Assembly (NCBI GenBank): GCA_031416315.1
Contig: JANOTL010000108.1
Location: 1-21,592 of the forward strand
Reading direction: 5' to 3'
Source of the DNA: Pseudomonadota bacterium
GTDB taxonomy: Bacteria; Bdellovibrionota_B; Oligoflexia; Oligoflexales; CAIYRB01
Length of the DNA stretch: 21,592 nt
Shown: positions 18,439-21,592 of the stretch, piece by piece
Layout: every line of letters begins with the position of its first letter
Numbering within the stretch: the first letter of the stretch is position 1
Position numbers and translations under genes: made by a program
Notes under the pieces: generated by a model
Databases searched by the model: none
What the model was told of the DNA's origin: nothing
What the model saw: only the letters and a program-made list of their open reading frames with translations

Positions 18439-21069
18439 CTACGGCTTTGGCAACTTGGACTTATGCTGCACCGGCGGGGCGCTCTTCGGATCGTCCGGCC
18501 AGTGATGCCGTGGATAATCGCGGATCAGCTCCCGCTTGATCGCGGGGTAGCCGCGTTCCCAGAAGCCGGCGAGGTCGGTCGTGATCTGCACCGGCCGTTT
18601 GTTCGGTCCCAAGAGCTGCACGGTGAGCGGAAGGCGGCCGCCGTGCAGGGACGGGGTCTCGACCAAGCCGAAGAAGTCCTGCATCGTTCCGGTCACGTAG
18701 GGCGGCCGATCCGCCTCGTAAACGACCTTGAGCTTGCGCCCGTTCTTCAGCGTGATCATGGCGGGCAAAGCGTTGCGGAGCTTCTCGGACGCCGCATAGG
18801 GCAACTGCTCCTCGACGTACTCGAAGAGCGAGCGCTCGGCGATCTCGCGGAAACTGCGTTTCCCTTCGCAGATGGTCGCGAGTAGAAGCTCGAGCATCTC
18901 GCCCTCGAATACCGGGAAGTCGGCCGTCGCCTTCTCGTCGCCCAAGAGCTTCACACGCCGATGATATTCGTCCAGATCCGAGGCGTCGTCGAAGGGCTTG
19001 GGCCAACGCTCCTGAAGTTTTTCCCGCAAGAGCTCTTCGATCGCGGCCTGATCGACCGAGGCCACCGGCAAGCGCGCCTCGCGCACGACGATCTGGCCGT
19101 AGTAGGTGCGATCCCAGGCGTCGACCCGCTCCGCATCCTCGCTCCAGGTCGTTTCCTTCCGCGTGGAGAAGAGGCTAGGCGCGCCGTCTTGGAGAAGCCC
19201 CTCGAGATCGATCGCCGAGGCGACCTGCACCATGACGCTCTGATCCTTGGTGCGCGCCTGCGTCTCGGTCGCCTCGAGCGCCACGATCAAATCCGCGTCG
19301 CGCGCCGAGGACGACTCCGCCAGCACGCCGCCGCGCCCGAGGCAGAAGTTGAAGAGGGGCCGCTCGTTCGGCTTCTGGTGCTGCGAGGCCACCGTTCGGC
19401 GCTTGGCGACGCGGTCGGGAAAGCCGGCGAGCAAGGCCGCCGCCAGCGCTTTCTCGTCGATCACGCCGATTTCTTCGTGCGCGCGCGGGACCTTGAGGCG
19501 CGAAGCGAGCTGGCGAAACGCGTTCTCGACGCGCGCCGCTCGCTGGCGATCCAGCGACCGCTCGAGCGCCGCGTAGGGCAGGCGTCCCCCGCGCCGCAAC
19601 GTTGCCAGGATCTCGATCTGCAACTTGACGTCGCTGCCGTCACGCGTCGCCGCCGGCTCGCCGCGCGAGAGGATCATGCCTTCGCTCAAAAGACAGGCCG
19701 CGAGCAAGCCGACGTTGCCGATGCCGCGCTCGACGGCGCGCGCTACGACCGCGCCCAAGCGCGGGTGCAAAGGCACGCTCGCCACTTTCTTGCCGAACTC
19801 CGTGAGCCCGCCGCTGGCATCCAAGCAGCCGATGAGCCGCAAAAGCTCGCGCGACGCCTCGACGGCGCGAGGCTGCGGCGCCTCCAGCCAGGGGATCATG
19901 GTCTCCGGATTCGTCTCGCGCTCGCCCGAGGCCGCGCCGAACGCCAGGAGATCCAAGTAGGTGTCGGTAAAGTCGAGCCGCCGCACGTCCGGCGGCGTAA
20001 ACGCCGGCCTCCCGAGAAAATCACCTTCGCCGTAGAGGCGATAGGTGACCCCGGGCGCTACGCGCCCGGCACGACCCGCGCGCTGCACGCAGGACGCCTG
20101 ACTCACGCGCTTGACGTCGAGCGTTGCCATGCCGCTCCAGGTCGCGTGACCTGCGATCTTCGCCCGCCCTGTGTCTACGACTCCCGTGACATAAGGCAAC
20201 GTGAGCGAAGTCTCGGCGACGTTCGTCGCCAGAATGATCTTGCGTCGCGGCGTCTTTTGAAAGGCGCGCATCTGGTCGCGTGCCGGGATCTCGGCCGAAA
20301 GCGGCACGACCTCGACGTCGAGCCTCGCTGCGTTTAATGCGCCCTCGCAGCGTCGGATCTCCGCAAGCCCGGTCAGGAACACCAGCACGTCGCCCGAGCA
20401 CCGGGGGTCGGCCACCATCTTCCGGACGGCCGCGACAACGGTGCGATCGACGTCATAGCCGTCTTCGTCGCCCGGCATGTATTCGACGACGACGGGAAAT
20501 GTTCGGCCCTCGATGTCGAAGACGCGGACGTTTCCGGCCAAATAGCTCTCCAGGCCAGCCGTATCCAGCGTCGCCGACATCACCACGAGCCGCAGATCCG
20601 GTCGCCGCGTCAGCTGCAGCTTCCGCGTCAACGCGAGCGCGAGGTCGGTCTGCACATGGCGCTCGTGAAACTCGTCGAGCACGACGACGCTGATTCCTGC
20701 GAGCTTCGGATCGTCGCGCAGCATGCGGAGGAAGACGCCTTCGGTCACGAAAAGAATCTGCGTTCTTGCCGAGGATTTCCCCTCGAAGCGGATTTGGTAG
20801 CCCACTGCCTCGCCGACGCTCTCGCCGAGTTCGGAGGCGATCCGCTCCGCCGACAGCCGCGCCGCCAGCCGGCGCGGCTCCAAAACGATGATTTTCCCGG
20901 CGGCAACGCCCTCGCCCTTGAGCGCCGCGCGCAATGCCGGCGGGACTCGCGTCGTCTTTCCGGCGCCCGGTGCCGCCTTCAGCACCACTGCCGCACCTTC
21001 GCGCACGGCACGAACGACGGCATCGAGGTGCGGGTCGATCGGTAGCTTGGGGATTTCTACGGACGGCAT
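18439..21069 (-). CDS. hrpB: ATP-dependent DEAH/RHA RNA helicase HrpB
   Basis: PGAGKTTRVP, EPRRLAAR, DEFHER, MSAT, ATNVAETSLT, QRAGRAGR, PLHPRL, and the HrpB C-terminus GPNKRPVQIT.DL..FW...Y......YPRHHWPDDP. Confidence 0.95.
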   Translation of the reverse strand: MPSVEIPKLPIDPHLDAVVRAVREGAAVVLKAAPGAGKTTRVPPALRAALKGEGVAAGKIIVLEPRRLAARLSAERIASELGESVGEAVGYQIRFEGKSSARTQILFVTEGVFLRMLRDDPKLAGISVVVLDEFHERHVQTDLALALTRKLQLTRRPDLRLVVMSATLDTAGLESYLAGNVRVFDIEGRTFPVVVEYMPGDEDGYDVDRTVVAAVRKMVADPRCSGDVLVFLTGLAEIRRCEGALNAARLDVEVVPLSAEIPARDQMRAFQKTPRRKIILATNVAETSLTLPYVTGVVDTGRAKIAGHATWSGMATLDVKRVSQASCVQRAGRAGRVAPGVTYRLYGEGDFLGRPAFTPPDVRRLDFTDTYLDLLAFGAASGERETNPETMIPWLEAPQPRAVEASRELLRLIGCLDASGGLTEFGKKVASVPLHPRLGAVVARAVERGIGNVGLLAACLLSEGMILSRGEPAATRDGSDVKLQIEILATLRRGGRLPYAALERSLDRQRAARVENAFRQLASRLKVPRAHEEIGVIDEKALAAALLAGFPDRVAKRRTVASQHQKPNERPLFNFCLGRGGVLAESSSARDADLIVALEATETQARTKDQSVMVQVASAIDLEGLLQDGAPSLFSTRKETTWSEDAERVDAWDRTYYGQIVVREARLPVASVDQAAIEELLREKLQERWPKPFDDASDLDEYHRRVKLLGDEKATADFPVFEGEMLELLLATICEGKRSFREIAERSLFEYVEEQLPYAASEKLRNALPAMITLKNGRKLKVVYEADRPPYVTGTMQDFFGLVETPSLHGGRLPLTVQLLGPNKRPVQITTDLAGFWERGYPAIKRELIRDYPRHHWPDDPKSAPPVQHKSKLPKP

Positions 21070-21088
21070 GGTCCGTCAGCGTAGCACT

Positions 21089-21205
21089 TCAACCAATGCC
21101 CCGCACTGCGAAGACGCCGAGAAGCACCGCGAGGGCAACGAGTCGCAATCCTTCGACGCGCACCGCCCACCCCCGCCCTTCCAGCAACGCGGCCCACAGC
21201 TCCAT
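21089..21205 (-). CDS. Possible small membrane protein or gene remnant (38 aa; 49 aa from TTG 21238)
   Basis: Hand translation MELWAALLEGRGWAVRVEGLRLVALAVLLGVFAVRGIG*; stops 19 bp before the hrpB ATG. Below the ORF-track cutoff. Confidence 0.3.
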   Translation of the reverse strand: MELWAALLEGRGWAVRVEGLRLVALAVLLGVFAVRGIG

Positions 21206-21460
21206 GCTCGAAAACGCGGCCGCATAGATTGCAATCAAGGCCCCTGTCGCGCCGCGCTGTCGCTCGATCCATGAGCTTCACCCTCCGCCGTGCCCCCTTC
21301 TGTTCAACCAGCGCCGCGGACGATGAGGCAGACGAGAGGGAAAACGGGCTAGCCAAAGGGTGGGGCGCAGGCGCACGCACAAGCGATAAACACATGCGTA
21401 TGGCGAGGAAAACGTCGACGGTGCGCTATGTGAATTCCTCCACGATCCCAACCCCCTGTA

Positions 21461-21579
21461 CCCCTGAACCCGTTGTCGAAACCCGGTTGACCTGACGGTT
21501 CCGCCGGGCTGAAGTCAGCTCCGGCCCGTCGCTCGGGAGTAACCAAACACCCCCGGCGCTTCGAGCAGCTTGGGGGGGG
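21461..21579. other. Long imperfect stem-loop; candidate structured RNA or 5' leader
   Basis: Nested pairings GCTG/CAGC, GCCGG/CCGGC, GACGG/CCGTC, CCCGG/TCGGG, TCGAA/TTCGA, GTTG/CAGC and CCCCTGA/TTGGGGG. Confidence 0.3.
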
Positions 21580-21592
21580 ACCCGTGCCCCGA

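Noticed and set aside
18439..21069. Helicase or methyltransferases as an anti-phage defence system
   Set aside because: The helicase is a canonical HrpB. The methyltransferases lack DPPY/NPPY or PC DNA-methylase motifs, and no nuclease is present.
21421..21592. tmRNA, SRP RNA, RNase P RNA or TPP riboswitch
   Set aside because: Only isolated fragments (GGTTTCGAC and TCAGGTC on the minus strand, ACCTGA on the plus strand); the other required conserved elements are missing.

Overview
GC-rich bacterial chromosomal window, almost fully coding. Left: frr, a CBS-less GuaB/GuaC-family enzyme (GMP reductase-like), a beta-propeller lipoprotein and an amidase. Centre, about 13 kb of surface-glycan genes in three blocks. 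(1) A minus-strand methyltransferase / UPF0104 flippase-like / methyltransferase operon; a frameshift at ~6464 in the middle gene produces the apparent 640-aa fusion ORF. (2) After an interposed DUF1615 (YaiW-like) lipoprotein, a minus-strand GT2 / DUF2142-like GT-C / GT4 / fdtA / fdtB operon. (3) A divergent plus-strand wbpB-wbpD-wbpE-wbpA operon for a 2,3-diacetamido uronic acid. Right: hrpB helicase, then a ~520-bp region with a short hydrophobic ORF and a long imperfect stem-loop. No mobile element, CRISPR array, rRNA or tRNA was recognised. The best candidate for an undescribed system is a polyprenyl-phosphate-dependent extracytoplasmic glycosylation module, and that is inference. All family calls come from motif recognition by eye; no database searches were run.
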